Shown one piece after another: positions 8,127-18,012 of a stretch of 64,000 bases of DNA. Below the pieces are notes generated by a model that saw only the letters and a program-made list of their open reading frames with translations, had not been told where the DNA came from and did no database searches. Source of the DNA: Blastocatellia bacterium (GTDB lineage Bacteria > Acidobacteriota > Blastocatellia > Pyrinomonadales > Pyrinomonadaceae). A program made the translations under genes and the position numbers. Location of the stretch: positions 810 to 64,809 of the forward strand of contig JANMKA010000024.1 in assembly GCA_031371765.1 (NCBI GenBank). The letters are read 5' to 3'. How positions within the stretch are numbered: position 1 is the stretch's first letter; the number at the start of each line of letters is the position of its first letter.

Positions 8127-10700
8127 CTAGAAACTTTTGCGGAACAGGTAAGACATCTTGATGAAGAAGACGCGACCGTTGCGACGGAAGCCTGGTTCGA
8201 GTGCGCCCGAAAACCGATTAAAGCCGTTACGACTTAAATCATCGTTATAGCCGACGTAGAACGCAGTCCCGGGGTTCGGCGTATAGCCCAACAGGAACTG
8301 GCCCTTCACACTCGATGCGAGCGTCGCATAATCAATGCGCCCGCGCGCGAACAGGAAGCGGGAAAACTGATAGGTCGATCGCAACGATACGATGTTCTCG
8401 CTGAAAGCAACTCTGTCAGTGTCATAACGCTTCAGGTGCTCGCGCGTGTAATTGAGTGTCGCGTTCAACTTGCCGGTAGGTTGATAACTGACACCCCCGT
8501 CGAAATGAAAGAAGTCGCCGGGGCCGGGATCGAGTGGCGCATTACAAACGGGTGGCGGATTAGTGCCACCACACAAGCCATCGTCTGTGGCTTTCCTGGC
8601 GGCAATCGCACCCGGACTAACGCGCGGAAACTTATCACCACCACCAAAATCGAAATCAAGGTCACCCCAACGCCGATTGACGAAGAAGTTAAAATTAACC
8701 TTTTTGTTGATGGTCGAACTTACGAAGCTGTAAAGACCCCGGTTATAGGCCGAGCGCTCATTGTCATAGCCCGCGAAGGTGCAGTTGTTAAGGAGCACGC
8801 AGTTCGATCCTGATGGACGCTTTTGTCCAAACTCACTTTCAAACACGCGCTCGTAGCCTTTGTCGATTCCGACACCCACCGTCGTTTGCCGCGGAAAATG
8901 CAATTGCAATTGCGACTCGTTGTTATCTGACAGTGCCCGACCTTGCCAATCAAAGCCGGTGTTGATGGAATCGTAGACTCGCCAGGAAACGAGGAAGGCC
9001 TTCGGTTTCGGTTCCGAGTTATAACGAAAGAAGCCGTTGTAGCTGTTGTTGTTGGGCCGGCGATTGAACCCGAGGTCCGACGTATAGTAAAGCGTGCGCC
9101 CAACGGCGGAAATGTCATAGCCAAAGTGACGCGCGTCCTTGTTGTAATTGACCGCGTAAATGAACCCGTTCTTTATGGTATCGCGCCGCCGCCCTTCTTC
9201 CGGAAGAAAGAAGTTATGGCGAGAATGCGTGGCTAAAAACTGCCAGCTAAACGTCGTTACCTTATCAAGTTGAAAACGCCCGTCGAGGCCACCCAGCTCG
9301 TTGTAGCTGTCGACAAATTTTTTGTAGGTACCGAGAAAACCGATGAATGAGTTCTCTTTGCCGATGTCGTGCTTCAGTCGCAGTGCGCCCACGATGGCGT
9401 TCTTGTCCAACTGTCTCGGGTTGGCGGTGGGCCGCTCTTCTTCGCTGAAGTTTCCGGGACCATTGTCGGACGCCAGCATCAAGCCAAACGTGTTGCGGTT
9501 AACTTTCCCCGTCAGCTTCACCGCGAAATCAGGATCGATAATGGAGCGCGTGTGGTAGGCGAAAATCTGAGTTTGGAAAATGTCGATGCCTTCGAGGAAG
9601 AACGGACGTTTTTCTGCAAAGAAGATCGGGAACCGCTGGTTTGCGGTAACTACCAATTGATCTGATTCGACCTGAGCGAAATCAGGGTTGACTGCAAAGT
9701 CCAGCGTGACCTTTGAGGTAAGACTGTACTTGCCCGTCAATCCGGGATCTAACTTGATTGGCTCATTCACGAATCTGCCACCGTCGGCAATCTGCGCCAA
9801 CGTCACCGGCGCCTTTCGTTTCCCCGTCTCGGAGATGGTCAGGCTGGGAATAAGTTCCAGCGTGCGCTCAGTTGAAATTCCTTCAAAGCCGGTCAGGTGA
9901 CCTGCCTGGGCCAACCAACTCGAAACGTCGCGCGAGATCGGCATCCACATGTCCAGTTCGTTGTTGAAACGCTTGATGCGCCGCCAAAAATGCGCGCCCC
10001 AGAGCGTGTCCTTGCCGCCGTTGTAGCGAATCGACTTAAACGGAATCGCGACTTCTACCGTGTAGCCATCGGTAGTCACCATTCCTTTCGATTCAAGCAC
10101 GACGTCGAGACTAAAATCTTCGTTGCCTCCGTCCGTCCAAATTCCGTCGGCCTGGATGCCGAGCGGATTAAAGTCAAACTCGTACGCTTTGCGTTTGTCG
10201 TTGAAAGTGTCGAACAGAATGCCGACGTAGTCGTCGTTAAAGATGTCGTCGCGCTTCGGAATGTTTGCGCGCACTTTGTCTGGCTCGTCAAAACAATGGA
10301 AGGCCACATAAAGAAATCTCTCGTCATGACCGAGCATCACCTCCGTCGGCTTTGACGGCGCGATATTGTCGCCGGGTTGAATCTGATAAAAGTCTTTGAG
10401 GACAGCAGCGTTCTTCCAAACCTCATCGTCAAGCTTGCCGTCGATGACTGGCGGTTTGGCAAACGCCGGCAACCGCACGGGATTCGTTTTTTCCGGAGGT
10501 AGTGTGGGTTTGCCGCCGACCGGTTTTGCGTTGACCGGAGCGTCGGCAGGCGCGGTATTCGCTATACCAGGATCGGCAGCCTTAACTTCAGGCGAGCCAC
10601 CCGGCGTCGCTGATGCAGTTGCCTGGGGCGGCTGGGTTTGCGAGTGAATCGTGGTCAGGCAAAGAATTATCGTCGCAACGGCAAGTAGACTGGCCTTCAT
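8127..10700 (-). CDS. Outer-membrane-type protein with N-terminal CBM9/DOMON-like domain and DUF5916-like beta-rich C-terminal region
   Basis: Signal peptide MKASLLAVATIILCLTTIHSQ. PPVIDGKLDDEVWKNAAVLKDFYQIQPGDN...FLYVAFHCFD matches the carbohydrate-binding family 9 pattern as I remember it. Aromatic-rich C-terminus ends in F. Confidence 0.65.
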   Translation of the reverse strand: MKASLLAVATIILCLTTIHSQTQPPQATASATPGGSPEVKAADPGIANTAPADAPVNAKPVGGKPTLPPEKTNPVRLPAFAKPPVIDGKLDDEVWKNAAVLKDFYQIQPGDNIAPSKPTEVMLGHDERFLYVAFHCFDEPDKVRANIPKRDDIFNDDYVGILFDTFNDKRKAYEFDFNPLGIQADGIWTDGGNEDFSLDVVLESKGMVTTDGYTVEVAIPFKSIRYNGGKDTLWGAHFWRRIKRFNNELDMWMPISRDVSSWLAQAGHLTGFEGISTERTLELIPSLTISETGKRKAPVTLAQIADGGRFVNEPIKLDPGLTGKYSLTSKVTLDFAVNPDFAQVESDQLVVTANQRFPIFFAEKRPFFLEGIDIFQTQIFAYHTRSIIDPDFAVKLTGKVNRNTFGLMLASDNGPGNFSEEERPTANPRQLDKNAIVGALRLKHDIGKENSFIGFLGTYKKFVDSYNELGGLDGRFQLDKVTTFSWQFLATHSRHNFFLPEEGRRRDTIKNGFIYAVNYNKDARHFGYDISAVGRTLYYTSDLGFNRRPNNNSYNGFFRYNSEPKPKAFLVSWRVYDSINTGFDWQGRALSDNNESQLQLHFPRQTTVGVGIDKGYERVFESEFGQKRPSGSNCVLLNNCTFAGYDNERSAYNRGLYSFVSSTINKKVNFNFFVNRRWGDLDFDFGGGDKFPRVSPGAIAARKATDDGLCGGTNPPPVCNAPLDPGPGDFFHFDGGVSYQPTGKLNATLNYTREHLKRYDTDRVAFSENIVSLRSTYQFSRFLFARGRIDYATLASSVKGQFLLGYTPNPGTAFYVGYNDDLSRNGFNRFSGALEPGFRRNGRVFFIKMSYLFRKSF

Positions 10701-10791
10701 GAATCTCTCCCCAATGGATTCCGATTTTTAGGATGCGAGTACGTTTTTCTGAATTGACGTGAACTGGTGCGCGCGCGACTCGCAAGTGTTA

Positions 10792-10816
10792 GACGAAGTA
10801 AATAAGAATTCGTTCC
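10792..10816 (-). promoter_or_regulatory. ECF-type promoter candidate GGAAC-N16-CGTC upstream of the CBM9/DUF5916 gene
   Basis: The minus strand reads ctGGAACgaattcttatttacttCGTCtaa, about 95 nt upstream of the ATG at 10700. This matches the generic ECF AAC-N16/17-CGT architecture. Confidence 0.45.
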
Positions 10817-10861
10817 AGAAAAAGCTGGCTGGGGATACAAACTTTTTCATGAACGATTTAT

Positions 10862-12817
10862 TTATCTTGGTCGCAGTACGATGTTGCCTTCGCCGGTGTA
10901 GAGCACAAAAACATTGCCACCCCGACCAACCTTCCAACGCCTGGTCCGGGCTGAAGGTGCTACGTCTTCGGTAATCGTCAACCCCTGGTTAGTGATGCCC
11001 TCGGCATCTGTTTCTATCGTGAAGTTTGAGTCGGGCGCGACGGCGAGCGAGATGGATCCGTCGCCGGTCCGAGCATTCAAACTAGTGAACCGGCCATCCA
11101 GCGTGATGGCGCCATCGCCGGTGCGCGCATCGGCCTGGCCGTCAAAGTTTGCAATGCGAATATGACCATCGCCGCTGCTGACTTTTAGTTGACCCTGACT
11201 ATCGATCACTTCAATGCCGCCGTCACCGGTCCGCAGCGTTAACTCTCCAGTCACGCCTTGCAAAATCAACTGGCCGTCTTCAGATGAAACGTGAACGCTC
11301 GAGTTGCGTGGCACGAAGACTTCGAGAGAAACCCAGCCGGAATGGTCGTCCGATTTTGCAATCACAGAAACCGCGGGCCCCTGCTGATCGGTTTCGATCC
11401 TGACTTCCTTCAGTTGTTCCCCATCGTCGCCGTGCTTGGTTGCGCGGTACATGACTTCGCCTTTATCCCAGCCGTGAACTGTAATCGGGCCATCAAAGGT
11501 AGCCAGGTTTACGCGCGAATTCGCCGGCACGGAAAAACTCTTCGATTCCTGTTCGACAAACCGGCTGGAGCCGCCGCCGCTGGCCCGGGCAGTAGCGCGG
11601 GCATCGCTGCGACTTACGGCACGCACTTGTTGCCGCCGCGTTTCCCTTTGCACTTCACGCTGTGCCTGTTGAATTTCGCGTTCGGCATCGCGCATCGCCC
11701 GTTCGACTTCCCGCTTTATCTCGGGCGTCATCTGCTGCGTCATTTTCTCGACATCGACCTGAGAAATTGCCTCACGTCTCACCTTAGCGGCCATGATTCG
11801 AGCGCTTTTTTCGATGTCGCCTGCCTCGGCCGATGAATAGACTTCCGGGTCTTCTTTTTCTTTATCCTTGCTTTTATCTTTTTGCGAAAGCAGGCTTTGC
11901 GCGGGACTCAACGCCCGGCCATCATCCGCGCGCTTGATGGTGATGCCGCCGTTGACATTGCCAAGCTTGATGCGCGACCCGCCCGAACCCAATTGTCCGT
12001 ACAGTGAGTGGCCCACATACTCACCATCCTTAACCGCCAGTCCAAAGTCGTTGCGGATCGTGCCATGAAGCGTCTCGGCGCGAACGACCACGTTCGAGTC
12101 TGAAGGAATCACGACAACAACCGGACCATTTACGGATCCCAGCGAAAGCGGCTTGGCCGGATCAAGCTGCGTAAACGTTACGTCCACTGGTCCATTAACA
12201 GTGTTCAGCTTTGCTTCACCTTTTAATCCGCGCGCGACTACTCGGCCGTTTACCGAAGAAGCTTTTACATCGCCTTCGACGCTTTCAATCTCCAGCGAAC
12301 CATTGATCAAATCGATCGCGTCGAGGCGCGCCTGGCGCGGGACAACAATCGTGTAATCGACGGTGGCCGGATTGTTGTAGCGGCCTCTTTCTTCGCTGGT
12401 GAAATTCTGATCGCGGTTCGGGTAGTCCGTTCTGATGCGTATCGCATCGGCGGTCGCGGTAACGTCAATCTTCGCTTCCGCCAAACGCTGCGGGTTGTAG
12501 GCGCGCTTGATCGCATTCACCTGAATTTCGTTGCTATCCGCAACCGTTATGCGAATGTCGCCATTCATGTTTTCGATACTGACGCGACCGTTCGCCGCCA
12601 ACGGATAGGTTTGATGAAACTCTTCGCGCACTTCCTGGCGCTGCGGTTCGATGTCGGGGGTCTCAGTTGGTCGGGGGAGAAAGCTTCGCAGTTCCGTTAA
12701 CTGGTCCACTTTCGCGGCCAGGCCTGCGGCGGCGGGCCAGTTACCCGAACTAACCAGCGCGGCAGCCATGGTCATTGATGCTATGAGTGCTTTATTCAAC
12801 ATGTTTTCTCTCTTCAA
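10862..12817 (-). CDS. DUF4097 (putative adhesin / beta-strand repeat) protein with two repeat modules joined by a charged coiled segment
   Basis: Signal peptide. Recurrent GD(G)xIxL/V rungs (GDGSISL, GDGAITL, GDGHIRI, GDGGIEV, NGDIRIT). Central K/E/R-rich linker (EIKREVERAMRDAEREIQQAQREVQRETRRQQ). Confidence 0.7.
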   Translation of the reverse strand: MKRENMLNKALIASMTMAAALVSSGNWPAAAGLAAKVDQLTELRSFLPRPTETPDIEPQRQEVREEFHQTYPLAANGRVSIENMNGDIRITVADSNEIQVNAIKRAYNPQRLAEAKIDVTATADAIRIRTDYPNRDQNFTSEERGRYNNPATVDYTIVVPRQARLDAIDLINGSLEIESVEGDVKASSVNGRVVARGLKGEAKLNTVNGPVDVTFTQLDPAKPLSLGSVNGPVVVVIPSDSNVVVRAETLHGTIRNDFGLAVKDGEYVGHSLYGQLGSGGSRIKLGNVNGGITIKRADDGRALSPAQSLLSQKDKSKDKEKEDPEVYSSAEAGDIEKSARIMAAKVRREAISQVDVEKMTQQMTPEIKREVERAMRDAEREIQQAQREVQRETRRQQVRAVSRSDARATARASGGGSSRFVEQESKSFSVPANSRVNLATFDGPITVHGWDKGEVMYRATKHGDDGEQLKEVRIETDQQGPAVSVIAKSDDHSGWVSLEVFVPRNSSVHVSSEDGQLILQGVTGELTLRTGDGGIEVIDSQGQLKVSSGDGHIRIANFDGQADARTGDGAITLDGRFTSLNARTGDGSISLAVAPDSNFTIETDAEGITNQGLTITEDVAPSARTRRWKVGRGGNVFVLYTGEGNIVLRPR

Positions 12818-12985
12818 TCAGTCGTGTTTCGCGTTCTAATACCAGAACACCAGCGGCAATTTGTTTGTGGCAGAAAATCCAGTGATTTTCCGTTTATTGC
12901 CCGTCAGTTTTAGCGGCAAGCCCGGCGCGCACCGCGGCCGGCAAAAAACGACGGTGCTAAACGACCCGAAGTTGTCGCGACAGCG

Positions 12986-14101
12986 CTAGTTTCCCGAATC
13001 TATTAGATGGATTGTTCCGGTGAAGGAAGCAATAGTGATCAGCGCATCGCCCCTGCCATGCACCGCGCTAATGCGCCGCAGACTGTAAACCGTTTTGACA
13101 ACCACAGGCTTTACTTTAATCGTCTTGTCCCACGGATCCACTAAAACAATTACCGGCTCCTTCGCCTCAGGAGCAGCCTTGGGATTTGGCTGCGGCGTAG
13201 GCTCGGGCGGAGCCGGCGGCGCCGGGGTAGCTTTCTTCGGCATCACCGGCACGGGATCTTCGATAGTGAGGCTCAAGGGAAAGTCGCTAATAACTTCACG
13301 GTCTCTGGGGAGGCGCGCGTTAAGCCGAAAAGAGGAGTTTTCCGGCAAACTCAAGGTGACGTCGCTGCTCGTCGTATTGAACGTGTATCGTCCCTGACGG
13401 GCCAGGGGTCCGGAAAAATCAATCTTCCCATTCGCCGTCTTCACGGTTACTGATTGATGTTCCACGCCTGCAAGCTCGATGTCGCCGCTAATGCTCGAGG
13501 CTTCAAAACAATCGCTTTGATCGGTGGGACGCAGGCTTGCGGCAGTGAGCATACCGCTGACAGATTTCAGCGCTATCCGGCCGGTTGAATTCGCAACTGC
13601 AATCTCGCCGCTAAAACTTACCGCTTCAACCGATCGCGTTGCTTTCGTAATTGAGATGTCGCCGGTCTCTGAGCGCGCAAAAATTGAGGCCACGTCGCTG
13701 ACATCAATCGTGCCGTCGCCAGTTTGCAAATAGAGCGCTGCGCCACGCGGCACCATCAACTCAACGTCGCCAAAAGCGTCACAGCCGCCTTTCTCTTCCA
13801 CACCGATTTGCTTGTCGACCAGCCAAACCAGAACCTTTGCCGCGCCGGCGGAGGGCAGACCCGAGTTGGCGCCCTTGAGTTCGATGCGCCCGACTTCGCT
13901 TGAGCGCGCGAAAACTTCGTTCTTGTCCCAACCGCGCACGGTTACATTTCCCGAATCGACGCAAAGTGAAACGGCGACATTCGGCAGCGCCGTAATTGAT
14001 CGCTCAATTTTCTGCGTCCCGGTTTTGCCATGCCCATCGGCATAAGCGATACCTGTGGACAACAGCAGAAGAAAACCAGTGATGAATACTTTGAACTTCA
14101 T
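12986..14101 (-). CDS. DUF4097-like secreted beta-strand repeat protein
   Basis: Signal peptide MKFKVFITGFLLLLSTGIAYA. Rungs GDGTIDV, GDISITKA, GEIAVANS, SGDIELA, NGKIDFS. Pro-rich insert PAPPAPPEPTPQPNP. Confidence 0.65.
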   Translation of the reverse strand: MKFKVFITGFLLLLSTGIAYADGHGKTGTQKIERSITALPNVAVSLCVDSGNVTVRGWDKNEVFARSSEVGRIELKGANSGLPSAGAAKVLVWLVDKQIGVEEKGGCDAFGDVELMVPRGAALYLQTGDGTIDVSDVASIFARSETGDISITKATRSVEAVSFSGEIAVANSTGRIALKSVSGMLTAASLRPTDQSDCFEASSISGDIELAGVEHQSVTVKTANGKIDFSGPLARQGRYTFNTTSSDVTLSLPENSSFRLNARLPRDREVISDFPLSLTIEDPVPVMPKKATPAPPAPPEPTPQPNPKAAPEAKEPVIVLVDPWDKTIKVKPVVVKTVYSLRRISAVHGRGDALITIASFTGTIHLIDSGN

Positions 14102-14120
14102 TATTGCTATTACTTCAATC

Positions 14121-14996
14121 TTACTTATCGGTCACGCGAGCCTGGGCAACTGTGTTAAGCAAATCGACTTTGCTTTGATAAGCGGAAAACATGAATTCGG
14201 TTGCGTCGGGATCGTTCGGATTACTCTTGGCAGCAGTGCGCGCGACCGCCAGAGTGCGGTCCACAAAAGCCAAATTCCGCTGGTACTCAGCCTGCACGCC
14301 AGGCTTCATTCGGGCTTTATCCGATTTGATGGTCGAATCCAACTGAGCAATCGTTTGCAGGTAACTACGTTCGCCGGGCAAAAGTTTAACGTGATTTGCG
14401 GCTCTGTCATTTTGCTGGGGTGCGGCGAGCGCGGCTATAGCACTGCCTCGCTGACGGCGCTCTTTCGGAACAGTGCTCTTCGTTCCGTTCGTTTCTGACG
14501 AAGGCGGCACGCTCTTTACCGGAGGCGCTGTTGTCGGTTCCGGACTGGGCGCTGGCGAAGCCGTTGCGACCAGCAAATCTGTTGAAGATGTTGGCACTGT
14601 CTGCCACCTCATCATGCCCATAATCAAACCAAAGCCAACAATCAACAGCAGGCTTGCATAACCGAGTGCACGTTGTGGTCTATACGTAAGCAGATCGGAA
14701 AGTGATGAAAGCCAGGTGCGAACGCTAGCTCCAGAGGCAGAGCTACTGGCGGCTTCGATACGAGCGGATCCGATTGCGGCGTCAATGCGCTGTCGCAAAC
14801 GCTCGCTCGGCACTGCCGTTTCGAACTCAGGCCCAAGCGCAGCCGCCAGGACGCTGTTTTCCTGCTCAAGCTGTCGCGCCAGATCGCTGCAGGTTATGCA
14901 TGAAGCCAGGTGAGAAGTCACCTGCGCCACGCGCCGCTGGTGAAGTTCTCCATCCAAATAACTTTGCAGAACCTCTTCTTGCAAACACTCTTTCAT
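14121..14996 (-). CDS. Anti-sigma factor, ZAS type (H-x3-C-x2-C), single-pass membrane protein
   Basis: SHLASCITCSDL zinc-binding anti-sigma motif near the N-terminus, one TM (ASLLLIVGFGLIMGMM), and a 4-nt ATGA overlap with the upstream sigma gene. Confidence 0.8.
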   Translation of the reverse strand: MKECLQEEVLQSYLDGELHQRRVAQVTSHLASCITCSDLARQLEQENSVLAAALGPEFETAVPSERLRQRIDAAIGSARIEAASSSASGASVRTWLSSLSDLLTYRPQRALGYASLLLIVGFGLIMGMMRWQTVPTSSTDLLVATASPAPSPEPTTAPPVKSVPPSSETNGTKSTVPKERRQRGSAIAALAAPQQNDRAANHVKLLPGERSYLQTIAQLDSTIKSDKARMKPGVQAEYQRNLAFVDRTLAVARTAAKSNPNDPDATEFMFSAYQSKVDLLNTVAQARVTDK

Positions 14997-15565
14997 GACT
15001 TGCCTCCGATTTTCCCATACACCCGGGCAAACTCTTTCCGGCCGCGTGCGACCAGACTGCCCACGTTCGTCTCTTTCACCGACAACGTGTCGGCGATTTC
15101 ACGATAGGAGAGTCCCTGATGTCTCAGCAGCAAACAACTGCGCATCGGCTCTTTTAGCTTATCCAACGCGCGTCGCGTCTGCTCGATTTCTACGTTACGG
15201 CTGTAACCCTCGTCAGGCGCGGGCGCGAACCAACCTTCGCCCGCCGTATTCTTGTGATATTCGTTGTCACGCGACATCGATCGTGTGTTGCCGCGAATCG
15301 TGTTGCGGGCAACATTCAAGGTGACGCGCAAAAGCCAGGCGCGCAACAACTCCTCGCCTGGCTTCGAATCAAGATTACGATAGAGCCGTAAAAAAACTTC
15401 CTGCGTAATATCCTCAGCCAGCGCCGCATCGCGAACTACCGAGCACGCCGTGCGAAACACGGCCCGGTGATGAAGCGTAAAAGCCTCATCGAAGCTGAGC
15501 GGAGGCGCTACAGTCGCGATTTCGTCAGGCATCAAATTTACTAAGGCTCTGGCTTGTCCGCTCAT
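14993..15565 (-). CDS. ECF-family RNA polymerase sigma-70 factor
   Basis: 190 aa. Region 2 (DAALAEDITQEVFLRLYRN) and region 4 HTH (GLSYREIADTLSVKETNVGSLVARGRKEF). Confidence 0.9.
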   Translation of the reverse strand: MSGQARALVNLMPDEIATVAPPLSFDEAFTLHHRAVFRTACSVVRDAALAEDITQEVFLRLYRNLDSKPGEELLRAWLLRVTLNVARNTIRGNTRSMSRDNEYHKNTAGEGWFAPAPDEGYSRNVEIEQTRRALDKLKEPMRSCLLLRHQGLSYREIADTLSVKETNVGSLVARGRKEFARVYGKIGGKS

Positions 15566-15728
15566 TTAAACCGCTCTCAGGAAACAAACACCGCAACCGG
15601 CTCGCTTGTGGCAACTTTAATCACAAAACGGCCGTTAACTGTTTTTGCGTTTTTATTGTAGTCTGAATCCTGATTTGCGACCAAAAACGACGGCGCCAAT
15701 ACAATAGACAACTGCGGAGAGACACTGC

Positions 15729-15757
15729 TTGAACGAGCAGCGGCGTGCGAAAGTTCT
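15729..15757 (-). promoter_or_regulatory. Possible autoregulated ECF-type promoter (A)GAAC-N17-CGTT upstream of the sigma gene
   Basis: The minus strand reads cAGAACtttcgcacgccgctgctCGTTcaa. It resembles the motif at 10792-10816 but sits ~170 nt from the start codon. Confidence 0.3.
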
Positions 15758-15771
15758 GAGATCCTAAATAA

Positions 15772-16839
15772 TTGAGCAAGTCCTTGACGGCAGCGAAACC
15801 AAACGATGCACTTCTGAATAGCCCGTTCATGCGCGCGTGCCGGCGCGATGCGGTGGAATACACGCCTATCTGGCTGATGCGCCAGGCTGGTCGTTATATG
15901 CAGGAATATCGTGACGTCAGGGCGCGCGTCGGTTTTTTGGAATTGTGCAAGACGCCGGCGCTGGCGGCCGAAGTGACGGTCACGGCCGCAGAAAGATTAG
16001 GAGTCGACGCGGCGATCATTTTTGCCGACATTTTGTTGCCGCTGGAGCCGATGGGCTTGCAGCTTGAATTTACCAAAGGCGATGGGCCGGTGATTCACAA
16101 TCCGGTGCGGGCCGCGGCTGACGTTGAGCGCCTGATTGAGATTGAAGATATAGGCGCGCTCGACTTTGTGTTTGAGGCAATTCGTCACACGCGGCGCGGT
16201 CTTCGCGAAGACCTTCCGTTAATCGGATTTGCTGGTGCGCCATTTACGCTCGCTTCGTACATCGTCGAAGGCGGCAGTTCGCGGAACTACGTGCACACAA
16301 AGTCGTTGATGTATAACGACAGCGGCGCCTGGCACGCAATGATGTCGCTGATTTCGCGCGCACTCGTTAAATATTTGAACCGCCAGGTCGACGCCGGCGC
16401 ACAAGCGTTGCAGTTGTTTGATTCATGGGTTGGCTGTCTCAGTCCGGATGACTACCGGGAATACGTCCTGCCACACACGCGGAGTGTGATTGCCGGAATC
16501 ACTTCAGACGCACCAGTCATTCATTTCGGCACAGGCACGGGCGAGCTGTTGAAACTAATTAGCGAAGCCGGAGGAAACGTGATTGGCGTTGACTGGCGCG
16601 TGCGATTGGATGAAGGCTGGGAAAGGATCGGCCACGACAAAGCGGTGATGGGTAACCTGGATCCGGTGGCGCTATTTGCAAACCGTGAACACCTGCGCGC
16701 GCAAGCGAAGACGATTCTCGACCAGGCCAGTGGTCGCGCCGGGCACATCTTTAACCTCGGACACGGCATCCTGCCGGAAACACCTGTCGAGAATGTGATT
16801 GCGCTGGTTGAAATGGTCCATGAGATGAGTTCCAGGTAG
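15772..16839 (+). CDS. hemE: Uroporphyrinogen decarboxylase
   Basis: [16 protein letters not shown] signature near the N-terminus. 355 aa. Apparent TTG start, needed to keep the conserved N-terminal residues. Confidence 0.93.
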   Translation: MSKSLTAAKPNDALLNSPFMRACRRDAVEYTPIWLMRQAGRYMQEYRDVRARVGFLELCKTPALAAEVTVTAAERLGVDAAIIFADILLPLEPMGLQLEFTKGDGPVIHNPVRAAADVERLIEIEDIGALDFVFEAIRHTRRGLREDLPLIGFAGAPFTLASYIVEGGSSRNYVHTKSLMYNDSGAWHAMMSLISRALVKYLNRQVDAGAQALQLFDSWVGCLSPDDYREYVLPHTRSVIAGITSDAPVIHFGTGTGELLKLISEAGGNVIGVDWRVRLDEGWERIGHDKAVMGNLDPVALFANREHLRAQAKTILDQASGRAGHIFNLGHGILPETPVENVIALVEMVHEMSSR

Positions 16840-16905
16840 CACGGACTTTAGTCTATGTTGATGTCGCTATCGAGACTTGGAATCACAGACTAAAGTCTAT
16901 GCAAC
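16836..16905. repeat. REP-like pair (22-nt family) in the hemE-hemH spacer
   Basis: gtagcacggactttagtctatg (16836-16857, overlaps the hemE stop) and cacagactaaagtctatgcaac (16884-16905, contains the first ATG of the hemH ORF). Confidence 0.75.
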
Positions 16906-17912
16906 TGATGAACCCTTCATTCGATGCATTAATTGTCGTCTCCTTTGGCGGGCCTGAAGGAATGGACGATGTAATTCCCTTCCTCGAAAACGTGCTGCGC
17001 GGTAGAAACGTACCGCGCGAACGAATGCTCCAGGTCGGGAAACACTACGAATTGTTTGGCGGCGTCAGCCCCATCAATGAACAGAACCGACAACTGATTG
17101 CGGCGTTGAAAAAGGAATTGGCCGACAAGGGGCCGAACCTTCCCATCTATTTTGGCAATCGCAACTGGCATCCACTCCTGGCTGAAACGCTCAAGCAAAT
17201 GCGTGGCGATGGAATTCAAAACGCGCTGGCGTTTGTGACTTCGGCTTACAGCTCGTACTCGAGTTGTCGTCAGTATCTGGAAAACATCGCCGAAGCGCGC
17301 GCGGTGGTTGGTGATGACGCGCCACGAGTGGAAAAGCTTCGCGCATTTTACAATCATCCTTTGTTCATCCAGGCGAATGTTGAGAATGTGCGCGAGGGGC
17401 TGCAGAAAATTTCTGCTGAGCAACAAAACAGCGCGCAGCTCGTCTTCACGGCCCACAGCATCCCCGACTCGATGGCGAAAAACTGCGATTACGAAGCGCA
17501 GCTCGAGGAAACGAGCCGGCTAATTGCAAACGAGTTAGGCGTCGAGCGCTGGCGGCTCGTCTTCCAAAGTCGCAGCGGTTCACCGGCGCAACCATGGCTC
17601 GGTCCGGATATTTGTGACTACTTGCGGGAAGTACACGCGGCTGGCGTGACCGATGTCGTCGTCGCTCCGATCGGTTTCGTCTCGGACCATATGGAGATCA
17701 TTTACGACCTCGATACTGAGGCCCAGGCGCTGTGTGGCGAGCTTGGTTTGAATATGATTCGTGCGGCGACCGCGGGCACGCATCCGATGTTTGTAGCAAT
17801 GATTCGCGAACTGATCCTGGAACGTATCGATCCGGAAACGCCGCGACGATTTCTGGGTGCAATGGGAGCCCGCAACAACATTTGCCAGGCGGATTGCTGC
17901 GCTTTGGTTTGA
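16899..17912 (+). CDS. hemH: Ferrochelatase (possibly coproporphyrin ferrochelatase type) with C-terminal Cys cluster
   Basis: LIVVSFGGPEG N-terminus and FTAHSIPDSMA catalytic His region. 337 aa. The start may instead be the ATG at 16908. Ends in NNICQADCCALV. Confidence 0.9.
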   Translation: MQLMNPSFDALIVVSFGGPEGMDDVIPFLENVLRGRNVPRERMLQVGKHYELFGGVSPINEQNRQLIAALKKELADKGPNLPIYFGNRNWHPLLAETLKQMRGDGIQNALAFVTSAYSSYSSCRQYLENIAEARAVVGDDAPRVEKLRAFYNHPLFIQANVENVREGLQKISAEQQNSAQLVFTAHSIPDSMAKNCDYEAQLEETSRLIANELGVERWRLVFQSRSGSPAQPWLGPDICDYLREVHAAGVTDVVVAPIGFVSDHMEIIYDLDTEAQALCGELGLNMIRAATAGTHPMFVAMIRELILERIDPETPRRFLGAMGARNNICQADCCALV

Positions 17913-17914
17913 GG

Positions 17915-18002
17915 GCGGCATAGACTTCAGTCCGTGGCTGCGCTCGCCAACACAGACTAAAGTCTGTGCCACTATCCAAACACAGACTAAAGTCTGTGCC
18001 AC
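17915..18002. repeat. REP-like triplet (22-nt family) in the hemH-hemY spacer
   Basis: gcggcatagacttcagtccgtg (17915-17936) followed by two perfect direct copies of cacagactaaagtctgtgccac (17951-17972 and 17981-18002). Confidence 0.85.
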
Positions 18003-18012
18003 TTAGATTGAG